Positions 13,576-27,039 of a stretch of DNA of 64,000 nt are shown in pieces; position 1 is the stretch's first letter; each line of letters starts with the position of its first letter. Source of the DNA: Camelus ferus (taxonomy: Eukaryota). The position numbers and the translations under genes were made by a program. Below the pieces are notes generated by a model. The model saw nothing but the letters and a program-made list of their open reading frames with translations. It was not told the DNA's origin and made no database searches. The stretch lies in assembly GCF_009834535.1 (NCBI RefSeq), contig NC_045698.1, positions 2,234,001 to 2,298,000 of the forward strand, read 5' to 3'.

Positions 13576-16074
13576 CAAAGTAAGCAGAAGAAAGAAGACA
13601 ATAAAAATAAGAGCAGAAATCAATGAAGTAGAAAACATAAATAAATAGAAAAACTCAATGGAATCAAATTTAATTCTTTGAAAACCAATAAAATGTTAAT
13701 ATATTTTGGCAAATCTGAAAGGAAGAAAATAATGTTACAAATCACCAATATTAAAAATGAAAGAGAAGATACCATTATAGACCCAACAGAAAAATAAAAG
13801 AATATTAGGAAATACTAGGAACAAATTTTTGCCTATAAATTTGACATCAAAGAATAAATGAAGAAACTTCTTGAAAAACATAAAATAACAAAGGTCACTC
13901 AAAAGAAATATATTATTTGAATAGTCCTATAATGATTAAATAAACTAAATGTGTATTTAAAAACCATCCCATAAAGAAAATGTATGTTCAGGTGGCTACA
14001 GTAGTGAGTTACATCAAATATTAAAGGGAAAAAATACTGATCCCACACAACCACACCTGTATTTGCTAAATGAACGTCTAGGTTAAAAAGATTGACAATA
14101 CCAACAATTGGTTAGGATGCAGAGAAGCTATAATTCTCATAAATTTCTGGTGGAGATATAAAATGGTACAGCCACTTGGGAAAATATTTCTTCTTTTTTT
14201 TTAATAAAATGTAATATAACATTTATCCAATGACCAAACAATTCTACTTTTACCTGTTTATTCAAGAAAAATAAAAGTGTATATCCACAAAAAAAGGTAT
14301 TTATGAATACTCACAGCAACTTTATTCAGAGTGCCCCCAAATTTAAAACAACTTTAATTAAAAACAAATGTAATTTAACTGGTGAACAGATGAACAAATT
14401 GTGGTATACTCATATATCAAAATACTGGTCAATAACAAACAGACCAGGGTACTGTAATACAAGCAACATGAATGAATGTCAAATGCTTCATGCCCAGGGA
14501 GAACCACTACATGAAATTCTAGACAAAACTATAATGACACAAAGTCAATCATTGGTTTTCAAGAGCTGGAAGAAAGAGAAACGGATTTACTTAAGAAAGG
14601 CACAAGGCAATTTTGAAAGGTGATGGAAACATTCTACATCATGACTTCACTTAAAATTGGTGAACTTTATTGAATTTATATTATTCCTCAATAAAGCTGA
14701 CTTAGATGAAAGGTGAAATAAAATGCTTTTAGGCAAACATTGAGTAAATTCATTGTCAGCAGACCTAAACAACAATAAAAACTAAAAAAGAAAATTTCTT
14801 TCAGCCATAGAAAAATAATTCCAAATGGGAACACAGTACTGCAGAAGGACTAAAGGGGACTGGGAAAGACAAATCTGTGGGAAAACATAAAAGAATGTTG
14901 AGTGTTTTACACAAAAATAATAATATTTTGTGGGTGGTTGATGTATAGAAAAGTAAAAATATGTGGTAAGGAATGAAAAAAATAAGGTATTGGTAAATGA
15001 TGTTAAAACTGTTGAAATGTTCTCACATTGTTTAGGATGACATTTAAACAAAAACTAACTCAGGGATGCATATTGAAATCTCTAAAGCAACCCCTAAAAA
15101 AGTAATATAAGACTCTGTAAATTTATAGATATTTGAGGAGAATAAATGAAGCAGAAATACTTGATTAAACCCCAAAGAAGGAAAAGAGGAATAAAGGGAC
15201 AAACAGAGAGGATAATTAGAAATAAATAATGAGATGGTAGATGTAGGCCAAACTATATCAGTGATTATTTTTAATATAAATATACTAGCTCCTACTTAAA
15301 AGAAAAAATCTAGATTTAATAAAAAATAAATAAGAAACAGATATATGTTCTTTATCAAAAACATGCACTCTAAATTAAGGACACAGTTATATGGACACTG
15401 AAAATGGAAGGAGGCATGTCATATATATTAAGGAAAATAAATTGATGCAGGGCTACTAAAAGTAGACAAAGGAAATTTCATGAAACCAAGTATTATGAGA
15501 GACAAATAGATGCACTTCCAAACAATAATAGGTCAGACTAACAGGAATGCACAACAATTTTAAATTCCTTCTTTCTTAAAACCTTAGGTTCAAATTATTT
15601 AACACTAGAATTGGCAGAACTAAATTGAGAAAGGGGGAATACAGTATTTTGATTGGATATTTTGAACATATCTTTCTCATTAATTGCTACAAGACACATG
15701 GAAGTTTTTCCAAAATAGACCATATTCTAGGCCATAATGCAAGGATTGAAAACATACAGTTAGGCTACTTGAAAACAGTGGAAATAAACTAGAAATCAAC
15801 TAATTAAAACATAACAAAGAAGTCCACGACTATTTATAAATTAAGAAACACTCTTCTAAATAATGTAGAGAAGAATTCACAATGGAAAATTCAAATTATT
15901 TTTAATTGAAATATGTACAGCATTATCACAACTTTTTGGATGTGCTAAACTGGCAGTTAGAGAGAAATTGATAGTTTCAAATGCATATATAAGAAAAGAT
16001 CACATGTATAAAATTAATGATGTAAGTTACCAACTAAAAAGTCTAGTATAGTATAGATAATTGCAGAATAAATG

Positions 16075-16645
16075 TGTCAAGAGTATGTAATGTACAGTGT
16101 GGGAATATAGTCAATAACTGTGATATCTTTGTGTGGTGACAGATCATGAATAGACTTACTGTGGTGATCATGTTGAAACACATAGAAATATCAAATCACT
16201 ATGTCACATAATAGGAACTAATACAGTGATGTAGGTCAAATATACTTTGGAAACAAACAGCAAAGAAACTCATAGAAAAAGAGATCAAATTTGCAGTTAC
16301 CAGAGACAGGAAGTGGTAGGAGGGGGAAGTGGATGAAGGCTGTCAAAAGACACAAACTTCCAGTTATAAAATAAATAAGTACTAGGCATGTAATGTTTAA
16401 CACAAGAAATGTAATTTAATACTGCTCTGTGATATATATGGATATGGTGAAGAGAGTAAACCCTAAGAGTTCTCATCACAAGGACAACTTTTTTCTATTT
16501 CTTTAGTTTTGTATTTATATGAGATGATGGATGCTCACTAAACTTATGGTGATACTCATTTCATGACATATGTAAGTCAAATCATTATGCTGCACACCTT
16601 AAATTTATACAGTGCTGTGTATCAAGTATATCTCAATAAAAATGG
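16075..16645 (+). mobile_element. L1MA-like 3' UTR inserted in the older L1
   Basis: caaacttccagttataaaataaataagtactagg...tatctcaataaa. Confidence 0.75.
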
Positions 16646-19088
16646 AAGGATGAATAAATTAATGAGTTATCAAAACAGAAAACACAATTTACCAGAATAA
16701 AATAAATAATTGGAAAATAATAGTCCTATATTTATTTTCAATTCATCATATAATTTTGAAATCCCCAAAGAAAATGCTATATACTCAGATGTTCTCACTG
16801 CTAAATTCTTCTACTTATTTAAAAAGGAAATAATATCACATTTCTACAAACTTGTTTGGAAGATAAAGAGAAAACACTCTGCAGCTTGTTTTTTGAGGCC
16901 AGCATAAGCCTGACACTAAAACTTGTCATAAACACTATTGGAAAAAAAATTAGAAGACAGTATCTCTGATGAGCACAGATACAATAATGCTAAACAAAAT
17001 ATTAGCAAATTGAATTAAATAATATATAAAATGGATAATGCATAATGACCAAGTGAAGTTTATTCCAAGAATGCAAGGTTGGTTTAATATTTGAACATCA
17101 AATAATGCAATTTGTCTTGTTAACAAAAAAGGAAAACAAAACTGAATATATGCAGAAAGCCATTAGGTTTCATCACCCCTCCACAATAAAAAATAAAATA
17201 AAATGAAGTAAAGATATCTCACCAAACATAGAATAGAATGGAACTTTCTCAATTCAAAAGAAGAATCTATAAAACATCAACAGACAATGTGATTCTTATT
17301 GGTAAATTATTAAACCCTTTTTTTCTGAGGTTGAGGAAGGGCAATAATGTCCACTCACCCTCATAGTCAACATGATACTGGACACCCCAACCAGATCAAT
17401 GATGAAAGGAAATAGAATGGAAATGTGCAAAGGTGAGAAGGCAGAAGCAAACTGCCATTTTTATAGAAGCTTGATTGTATACGGAGAAAATACAAAAGGG
17501 TCTGCAGATAAACTATTGAAACTAAAAGGTGAGTTTCAGTAGGTTTGCTGAATACAAGGTTCAGCAAAACCCCATTGTATTTTTATATAGTAGTAACAAA
17601 CAATTGGAAATTAAAACAAAATATAAAAAATAATCAAATATTTAAGAATAAGCCTACCAGAATACTGCAAGACCTCTGTATGTTTAAATTTAAAATATTG
17701 CTGAGAAATTAAGGAACGTTTAAATAAATGGAGAGATATTCCATGATCTTGAGTGAGAAGTCTCAATTGTGTTCAGATGTCAGTTCTTCCTAAATTAATG
17801 AAATTCAGTACATTCAATACAATCATAATCAAAATCTCAGCAGGCATGTTTAAGAAAATTGACAAGTTGATTCTAAAATTTATATACAGATGTAAAGTAT
17901 CTTGAATACAATATAACATGAAAGAATAAAAATGCTAGTGAACTTATGCTAATAGGATTAGGCTTACCATAAACTCCGGGAATTAAGAGAGACTGTCTAG
18001 GGCTAGACAGATAGACGGCTAGCACAGAAACAGACGCACACGTGTGCAAGTCGCATGACTGACAAAACCAGGCAGGGCGCATTTCAGTGGAGCGAGGACA
18101 CCCTCCCCGCTAGAGTGCTGAAGCTGTTACACCTCCACGGGGGGAAAGGGGACATCGGTCCCTTTCTGGCACAATGTATAATATAATTTTATAAAAATCA
18201 TAACACAAATTGTAAGGGCAAAATATTAAAACCTCATGAAGAAAACAAGAGATTACCTTTATGTCCTTGGGGCAGATCAGGGCTTCTTAAACAGGACACA
18301 TACACACACAAATAATAAATGAAAATATTGGTAATTCAAATTTCGTTAAAATAAAAAACTTATTTTCATCAAACACTCCAAGAAGGAGAATGAAAAGGCA
18401 GGCCACATACCAGGATAAGGTATTTGCAATCATACAGCAAAAGATGCGTATCCAGAATATATAAAAACACCTGCCAATCAGTAACAAAAACTACCAATTT
18501 TTAAACTGACACAAGACATGAACAGTGGTCACTTCCAGAAGAGACTGTTCAGCGGCAAGTAAGCTATGAAAAGCTCCGTGTAATTAGGTGTCAGTGACAG
18601 TAACAGATACAAACCCACCAGAATGGTGAAAATAAAATTAAAACCAAGAATGCCAAGTATGCGCAAAAAGAGGAGCACCTGGCACTCCTGTACAATCTTG
18701 GCTGGAGTGTAAATTGCACACAGCCTTGGTCTGGCCGTGTCTGCCCAAGACGAACACGTACCTCCCAGAGCCCACTCCTGGATACACCCAGTAGAAACGA
18801 GTGAGTATGTGCACCGAAGTCGGGTGCAACCCAACACCCTAACTGTACTTGCAACAACCCAACCGGTATAAACAACCCAGTGTTCACCGGCAGTAGGGGA
18901 GATAAAGACGTGTTGTCATATGCATGCGATAAATATGTGAAGAATGAACTCCCCCTATCAGATAGAGCAGACACTGACCGGAAGACAAACACGAGGGAGT
19001 GCACATTGTGTGGGTCCATTTATATGAAGTTCAAAGGGAGCTAAGGGTCAGAATCGCATGTTCCACACTTGTTTTCACACAGAAATAC

Positions 19089-19203
19089 CCAGTGCGTGGT
19101 AGGTCGTGTGTGTTCCTCGTGTGCTGGAGATGCCGTGTGGTTTCCCCAGGAAAGCCAAATAATCCTTGAAGGAGGACTTCTACATTTTGGTGTTTTATAG
19201 ATT
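19089..19203 (-). pseudogene. Open exon (E)SIKHQNVEVLLQGLFGFPGETTRHLQHTRNTHDLPRT
   Basis: Acceptor ccttcattttcacag|AA, donor TGG|gtattt, 115 nt; phase-1 start matches the 36355 donor. Confidence 0.55.
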
Positions 19204-19692
19204 CTGTGAAAATGAAGGAAAAAAGCTAACCCTATATTTCAGTTTAATTTTCTTATCTTATAAAACAGAATCCCAAATTTGAATAAAAGAACAGATTTGC
19301 CTTGTGGTCACTATTCTGCTCATCTGCCTTAGTCACTGGGACGGCCTGATGCTGACCGGTATTTCCTGGTAACTGAGCTTTGATTGCTGCACAAGACATG
19401 GCTGTGACGGGCAGAGACAGCTTTGAAGAAATAACGTCCTGGTGTTCCTTAGTGACCTGTGTTTGTGTGTTTCAACTATATTTCATTCATTCCCTTACCC
19501 ATTCATTCATTCACTCAGCAGGTGTTGAGTGATGATGGTGGATTGTCCATTTTGTGCCGGGCGTCCATCCTCGGGGGTGAGGATGTCGCATATCGAGGTC
19601 CTTCCACTGACCAACAGCATCTACTTCTAAGTGACAATACTCACGTGACAACTGGGGATGACATTGCCCATGGGAGACCTGAAAGCCAGTGC

Positions 19693-19833
19693 CAGGGGGA
19701 GGGTAGAGCTCAGAGGTAGAGCACGTGCTTAGCAGGCACAAAGTCCTGGTTTCTATCCCTAGTGCCTCCATTAAACAAACAAAAAACAAACAAAATCTTT
19801 TTTAAAAAAATTTGAGAGAAGAAAGGAAAGAAA
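19693..19833 (+). mobile_element. tRNA-derived SINE (camelid Vic-1-like)
   Basis: gggggagggtagagctcagaggtagagc head, A-rich tail, TSD tgaaagccagtgc/tgaaagtcagtgc (19680-19692, 19834-19846). Confidence 0.85.
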
Positions 19834-20706
19834 TGAAAGTCAGTGCTGTGATTTCATACAAGGTTCTTTTATCCTGCAGACACACACACAGACCCCTTCC
19901 ATCCTGTGGCTCAATCTTCCCTCATCCATCTCAAATCAGAAAGTTTTGTCCCCTGTCAAAAATATCCTCCAGTGAGAAATACTTGCCCAAATGATGTGCT
20001 GGGGGAAACCGGTACATGAGTCCAGGAGGACAGCTGGGAATACATGAGTAGCCTCGGCAGGGACCCCGGAACATGGCAGGAACCGTCCAAGGAGACGTCT
20101 TGAAAGGGCCACATATGTTCAGGAGCAGAAACTCAGCTTGTTGGTTAGAACTCATCTTCATGACAGTGTTGTCACAGCCTAGATGTGGCCCATCACTTTT
20201 TAATGCATAAAAATGCTGGCCTTGCTCGCAGCAGGACCCAGCCTCGAAACAGCAGGCTCCACCAACGGCTGTGAGAACATCTCACTCGATAGGATGGCTA
20301 AGCGCCACGGTTTAATCTTCAGCATGAAAGTTTAAATTTTACAGACACCTGTTAAAATCTAATCACAGCACAAAGAAATTGCATTGACTAGAACTGCAAT
20401 TTTTATGATAAAGAGTAGTATTATTCCTTCCATCTGGGGGAAAAATCAGCTAAATAAACCACAATATTCAGATGGTGGGAAATTTTTAAATGACTGAAAT
20501 ACCCTAGTGCAGACAACGTGTGTTGTCTCGGTAGAGCAGGGCAGGGGGACACAGGGACCCCACCGTGCTCGTAACTGATTAAGTCACGCCTTCTTGACCT
20601 CAGGACTCATGGGTTTGGATGCCCAATCTAACCCTGAATTCTAAACATCTATGCCAAAAAACCTTGCAAATTGACTTGACAACCAGGCTGTATCAAAAAT
20701 TAGAAC

Positions 20707-20851
20707 GAAGGAGAGGGTAGAGCTCAGTGGTACAGCGCCTGCCTAGTATGGCTGAGGTCCTCGGTTCAATCCCCAGTGCCTCCATTAAAAATAAATAAAT
20801 AAATAAAAATCCAATTACTTCCCCCTCGAAATAATAAATAATAAAAAATTT
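20707..20851 (+). mobile_element. tRNA-derived SINE (camelid Vic-1-like)
   Basis: A box agagctcagtggta, B box ggttcaatccc, (AAAT)n tail, TSD aattagaac (20698-20706, 20852-20860). Confidence 0.9.
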
Positions 20852-21389
20852 AATTAGAACATAATGTGAATATTAATTACAAATCAGTTTTATTTCAAAA
20901 GTGCGAATCCGTACTTTAAGCACAAATGTTTAAAATTAGGGATTATTCAGATTGAAGGTGACTCTAAGTGATCTCGGTCTTGAGAGTAAGTGTCCCTGCT
21001 GTGATTTTGTGTGGGCTCTGTGTCCCTGCAGGCTCTCAAACAAAGCCTCACGCTGCACGAGCCGTAAACAGCTCGCCCACAACCCCGTCCTCATCACTCA
21101 GCTCCCATGACGTAATCACGAGAGGGTGGTGAACAGGCCGCTGCCCAAACAGCTGTCCTCTCAGCCCCTAGGACGGCAGTGATGGGTTTGCCCCTGCAGG
21201 GACCTAGAAAGCCTGTAACTGAACACTGCTGACCCCAAACATGGCAAAGCCCCGCTGCCCACTCAGCGCTGGGCAGCCCCAGTGGATGCTTTCTGCATTC
21301 ACCTGGAAGCACCAAGAGAACCACTGGGGCAAGTCTAGCCTTATTAAGAGCTGAAAAAATGTGAAGTTCTTGATATCTACTTCCAGGTG

Positions 21390-21956
21390 CCTCAAAAAGT
21401 TGAACACAGAATTGTCACACAATCCAGGACTTCAGTTGGTAAGTATGTGCCCCAAAGGCTTGAAACCATGTAATCAACTATTTGTACACAAATCCTTACA
21501 GCATTATTTACAATAGAGAAAATGTGGAAGCAACCCAAATGTCTATCAGCTGATGAAAGGATAAACAAAACATGATCTATCCACACAGTGGAATAGTACG
21601 TAGCTGTGAAAAGGAATGCCACACTGACACAGGCTACAAAGTAGATGAACCCCTGAAACATAATGTTAAGGGGAAGCAGCCAGACACAAAAGGGTACACA
21701 TTACATGATCCCACTTCTGTAAAATGTCCAGCGTAGATAAATCCACAGAAACAGAAAGCAGATGAGTCATGACCGGGGGTTGGAGGACAGGAGAATGAGG
21801 AGAAATCACTTAGTGCGGCTTTTATTCAGGGTGATGAAAAATGTTTTGGGACCTGATGTAGTCAGCGATCATACAACACAGTGAATGCACGAAATGCCAC
21901 TGTATCACTCCCTTTTAAGTGGTTGGTCTTATGTTGTGTGGATTTCACTTCAATTA
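21390..21956 (+). mobile_element. L1MB-like 3' end
   Basis: ggaagcaacccaaatgtctatcagctgatgaaaggataaacaaaa...gtagataaatccacagaaacagaaagcaga. Confidence 0.85.
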
Positions 21957-22914
21957 CAAAAGAAACCTGCTCAGGTGGAGAGCCTCCTCCGCCTTGGAGG
22001 CTGGCGGAGTCAGGTGGTGGGGGCTTCCAGCCTTCGCCGCCAAATACTGGCACCAGGTTGGCCTTGTCCTGGTCCTGGGCTGCTCCAGAATTTCGTTGTT
22101 GCTTGATTTGCTGCTTTCCGTTTATGCCGTTGTTTTTGTTTCATGGAACCCAGAGGCTCCAGCAAACGCCAGCACTGGCTCCAGACAGCTGACCCTGACC
22201 CTGGCGGGCACGCGGGGGCACACGCCACTGCCTGCCTTGCGCGGACCCCAGGCCGCCTTTCAGTGGGACGTGCGTGTCTGTGGGCATGGAGGGTGGGAGC
22301 AGCATATCCAAGCCGGGGTGAGAACAAGCCGAGGGCAAGACGTCGCAGCACAGGAGGGTCCCGCCCACGCTGAGAAGCTGATGGAACTCAAACTTCACTC
22401 TGCAGAGAGTCACCCAGATGGGCGGTGTCTCCTAACGCCCAGAGTGAATGCCCGGGGCGCCCTGCACTGTGGGGCCAGGGTCAGGGACAGCTCCATCCTT
22501 TGCTCGTATGTTTGGACAGACAGCCCAGCATCCTTGAATCTAGGAACAGCCTCTCGGTGGGAATTACTGTGGGCTTGCTCAGACCGACAAGGTGAGCTTT
22601 GTCCTGAAGTGAGTCTTGGCAGGGCCCGGCCTTCCCTGGGCAGGATCGCGGAGACCACCCCGGCAGGACGTGGGATGAATGGTGCGGGGACAGAGCCCTC
22701 AGGGCCCTCCCGCCAGCTGCCCTCGCCCCCCTCAGCCGTAGCACTGGGCTGTGGCCACAAAGCTCTTCATCCCAGCAGCTCAGGCTGCGCGGGCCGGTGT
22801 GTGCCGCCGGCCACCACCTCCTGCAGAGTAGGGCGTGTCAGGCCCGTCTGTGTCCTGTGCCCGCCACAGGCACATGTGCTGGCCCTGCTGTGGTCCACTG
22901 CCCCCCGCCCTGTC

Positions 22915-23265
22915 TTTTTTTTTATTGAAGTATAGTTGCTTTACAAAGCTGTGTTAGTTTCAGGTGGCTGGCAAGGTGATTCAGTTCTACATATACATAC
23001 ACACACGTATATATTTCTTAAGATTCTTTTCCATTATGAGTTATTACAAGGTACTGAATACAGTCCCCCGTGCTCTACGGTAGGTCCTTGTTCATCTATC
23101 TTACACACAGTGCTGTGTGTCCGTTAATCCCAGACTCCTAATTTATCCCTCCCCACCCTTCCCGTTTGGTAACGATAAGTTTGTTTCCTATGTCTGAGTT
23201 TTTCTGTTTTGTAAATAAGTACATTTGTGTCATTTTTCAGATCCCACGTAGAAGTGATGTCGTAT
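22915..23265 (-). mobile_element. L1 3' end fragment
   Basis: Poly-T then ttattgaagtatagttg...ttttcagatcccac. Confidence 0.85.
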
Positions 23266-24321
23266 TGTCACCACCCCTACCCGGTTAGCATGAATGGCAT
23301 TTGGCAGCGCAGACGTCAGAGCCCCCACCCCGTCTACAACCCCCCACCTCCCTCCCCTCTCCTGGGGCTCCAGGCCGGCTCTTCCCCCGCATTATCCACT
23401 CAAGCCCTCCAGCCCATCGACTGTCCTGCGATCAATGTGCTTGGTCCTGGGGGAGGGAGAGCCCTGAGAAGCCCTGCACAGCTGAAGCCCCCCGCGAGCA
23501 GGCACTTAAGATGAAGACTGTATAATTAAGTGGAAACTTGCTCTCAGCTCCCAGGGCGTGGGGACCCTCTCATTAGCCGGAAGGAGTGCCCTGATTGGCC
23601 ACTCCGGTCAGGCCTCTGGTGGCCCCTGTGTCTCTGCTCTGGAAGGAGAGTGGTCGGAGCTGGTTTGCCAAATGTTATCGTTTTAAAAGCCGTGAAAGAG
23701 AGGGAGCTGGCCTAGGGGTATACACAGCCCCATATGCCGGCGACAGCGGTACAAGTGTAATTCTAGACTGCTAGAGTGACACACACGGTCACTTCTGCCC
23801 CAGAACATGAGACAGCTGAGAGGGAGATGCAGGGCAGGCTGTCACATAAGGAAATTTCCAGAAATCTGTTAACCCCAGCTCAGACCCAGTGAATACTTCA
23901 TTGCTTAACACTGAGAAAAAGTATATTTATTAACTAGACAGACAGGGCCGGGAGGCTGGGCGGGTGAAATGTTGGAGGAGGAACCTGTGCCTGAGCCCCG
24001 CAGGGAAAGCCGCAGGCGCGTTGGGAACAGGGCAGAGGGGAGGGCGAGCCTCCAGGAAGTGTGCGGGACTGAAAACCACAGGGGCCGGGCAGCGGGACTC
24101 CAGGAGCACCCCCATCACCTGTCATTAAAGGACACTCGGGGGATTCACGTCGTGGTGTCTTGTGCTGAGAAACCAAGTACTCCCAGAGATGGAGGGAGAC
24201 AGAGTTGCTTTACAGATGAAAAGTGGAAAGCCATGCTCTGTATTGGACTTTGACCAGTTTTAATCACAATAAAGTGAAGACAGTTTTTCTTCTGGAGAAA
24301 AATGGGAAACAAAGTGTGATT

Positions 24322-24772
24322 TCATGTTTCTTCTGTAGAGTAGCCTATAGTGGAAAAGAACCTGGAAACGAATATAACACATAGGTGTACGACCGGAGTG
24401 TCGTGCTGTGCACCAGAAACTGACACACTGTAGTCTAGCCATGCGCCAATAAAATAAAAATAAATTTAAAAAAAGTGTGATTAGACTCATAGACATAGAA
24501 TACAGACTTGTGGTTGCCAAGGGGGCGGGGGGTGGGAAGGGACAGACTGGGATTTCAAACTGTAGAACAGATAAACAAGATTGCACTGTGTAGCACAGGG
24601 AAACATATACAGGCTCTTGTGGTCGCTCACAGCGAAAAAATATGTGACGAGTATATGTATGTTCATGTATAACTGAAAAATTGTGCTCTACACTGGAATT
24701 TGACACAACATTGTAAAATGACTGTAACTCAATTAAAAAAAAGTTAAAGAAAATTTAAAAATAAATTAAAAA
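24322..24772 (+). mobile_element. Two tandem L1 3' tails (24322-24471 and 24483-24772)
   Basis: Each ends in an A-rich tail; the first is flanked by TSD aaagtgtgatt (24311-24321, 24472-24482). Confidence 0.85.
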
Positions 24773-25689
24773 AGCAGTGACTGAGCATCTTAGACTGAGA
24801 GGGAAAGCGCCCGCTGTTGGCTGCATGCAATGACCACAGAAGGACTGAGAATCACGATCGTCACAAGATCCGCAGTCACAAAGCTCTAGCTCCCTCACCT
24901 GCCAGGTGTGCGGGGTCAGCAAAGACATTGCATCTGTGCACTGGGGTGTTTTCCTCGCTTGTGGAGGAGAAAGGATGGTGAAGAGTGTGACCTGTGGGGC
25001 TGGTGGGGCAACTGGCCTCTTAAGGAAGAAGGAGAAATGGGTTATACGCTGGGGTCCCCCTGTTTGAAGCTGCAGGAAGGACAGGGACCAAGATAGGAAG
25101 CCACTCTCAGCCGTGGTCTGGACGCCGAGGGCTCACTGAGGTAAACCTGTCCCTCCCCACACTCTGTTCTCTCCCGTCTTGCCCAGGGAAACTGAGTCAA
25201 GAGTGACTAAGTCTCATGACCAAGAGGACTTATGATCTGAGATCCCTCTCGACCAGAACTTTCTGAGGCTACGGCACCCATCCCTCCAAGACGGGTGGAG
25301 ACTAACCCGCCTCTGGCAGCGTCCAATAGAATAAACTCAGTTTCACCCAATAAATCTCTTTCTCCATCAATTCAACCCCTGCCTTGTCCTTGTTAAGGTA
25401 ACTGATTAAAAAAAAAAAAGAAGAATAAATAAATAAACTTGAGACCAAATGTAAAGGGACACAAAACTCAAATATGTGGTTTATTTAAAGCAGCTCATTC
25501 GTGGTCTGACCCCACACCCCAGCCCCAGTACACACACTCAGACACAAGCACAGGGGAGGGGAGCTTGGCCGGCTTCTGAGCAGATCGCTAAGATGGCTGA
25601 GATCACGTTTGCCCAGCAGTGTCACGAGGTCACGGAAAAAACCAACACAATATGCTCCTCCAAGCCCACGCCATCTGAGCGCCAGCTCC

Positions 25690-26420
25690 CTGCCTAAGCG
25701 GAGCCCAGGGCGTGCGCGCAGAACAAAAGCAGCCCTCTGCTAATTGACTGAAAAATCAGCCCGGGGCCCCCTGGGAGGCGCAGGAGGCTGCGGCAGATGG
25801 AGGCTGCCCGGGCGCCGCGGCCCCGAGAGTGACTCCAGACCTGCCGCAGTCGTGGGTCAAACACCGCTGTGTCCCCGCGACACCAGCGAGGCGGCCAGGA
25901 GGGCCCCTCCGCCCCCAGCTCCTGGGGTGCTCGTGCGCGGGACGGGAGGGGGGTGGCTTGGCTGGTGGGTTTGTTCGGCTCCGTTTTTATAGACTTAGCC
26001 TCTAGCCCAGACACACGCTTTCCTCTGCTTTCTTTGATTCCGCTGATCTGAGTTAATTTGATTTCCGCATCTCAGGCCCCAGCTCCGGGGCTGTGACAAG
26101 TGGGCTGCAGAAGTGGCCGGGTGTGTGCTCGCTGCCGGCACTGTGCGTGCGTGCGTGCGCGTGTGTGTGCACGTGTGTGTGCATGTGCACGTGTGTGTGC
26201 ACCCGCACGCACCTCTCAGAGCACCGCTTAGCCACCCTGGCCGGGACGAGCGCTCTTCTGGCGAGAAATAAAACCCTGTGGCCGCTGCGGGTTGGCCGCT
26301 TAGGAGCCGCTTCAGTCACAGGCCTGCCCTGGCGGCCAGTGCACCTGATTAAGACCGCCTGCGCCCGCTCCTAAAGCCCGGCAGCGGGGCTCCTGGCGTC
26401 TGACGCTGAGAGACGCTGCG
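25690..26420. promoter_or_regulatory. Small CpG island / enhancer-like element with TAAT motifs and an internal (TG/CG)n tract
   Basis: CpG-rich; cttaattga, gttaatttga, ctgattaag; TG-rich tract 26142-26210. Confidence 0.5.
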
Positions 26421-27039
26421 GAAGGGAACTGACTGAAACCTGACTCCAGACTAACTACAGCCCTTCACCTTTTAATGGGAAAAATAAACATCCAATAGAA
26501 CGAAGTGGGCATTTAATTCCACTTCCTAATCTGGAGAAAAACAAAACGGTTTGTTTTTGTCACATAATCCTTACATTTGAAAAAGCTTCAATTTCTCCTG
26601 ATATCATTAACTTCACAAGTATTAAAAGGGCTCCTTGCAAAATTATTAATTCAGACTCAGTATCTCACCTTACACAAATTTCTTCAATTTTGTCCCAAGT
26701 CAAGTTTCTATAGAAGGCACTTCATTGGTAAATTTTTAACTCTATCAGTGTGGTATTAAAAAAGTTATAAAATCTATACCAAGAGGAAAAATGAAGACAT
26801 TCCAGCCAGATTGAACATAGCTGATGATCTTTTAAAATTTAGCACATACTTTATAACTCTATGCATTTCTCTGTGAGGTTTATATGTATTCTAGCAATAA
26901 TGGCAAAATTTAATCATTTATAGTCGCCAAATGATTTCAACATTTTAAAAATTATAGACCATTATTATAACCATTCTAGAAAAAAATAACATGAGAGAAA
27001 ATCGTGCATAATTCTGCAAAACAAACATTTTTATCATTT

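Larger units (their letters stand above)
11300..19030 (+). mobile_element. Nested block of ancient degenerate LINE-1 (L1M-type ORF1/ORF2/3' UTR pieces)
   Basis: A-rich plus strand with L1 motifs (tctgaccacaatgcaattaaactaaaaat, ccaagaatgcaaggttggtttaat) and 3' UTR pieces at ~14050-14700 and ~18500-19030; no open frames. Confidence 0.85.

Noticed and set aside
19931..20161. Minus-strand ORF as an additional exon
   Set aside because: No convincing splice sites, and it is out of order relative to the motif chain.
19693..20851. tRNA genes
   Set aside because: The tRNA-like heads carry A-rich tails and TSDs and lack a proper acceptor stem; they are SINEs.
21919..22935. 338-aa plus-strand ORF, the longest in the track
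   Set aside because: It starts inside an L1 3' UTR and ends in another L1 tail. The middle is stop-poor GC-rich DNA with no recognisable domain.
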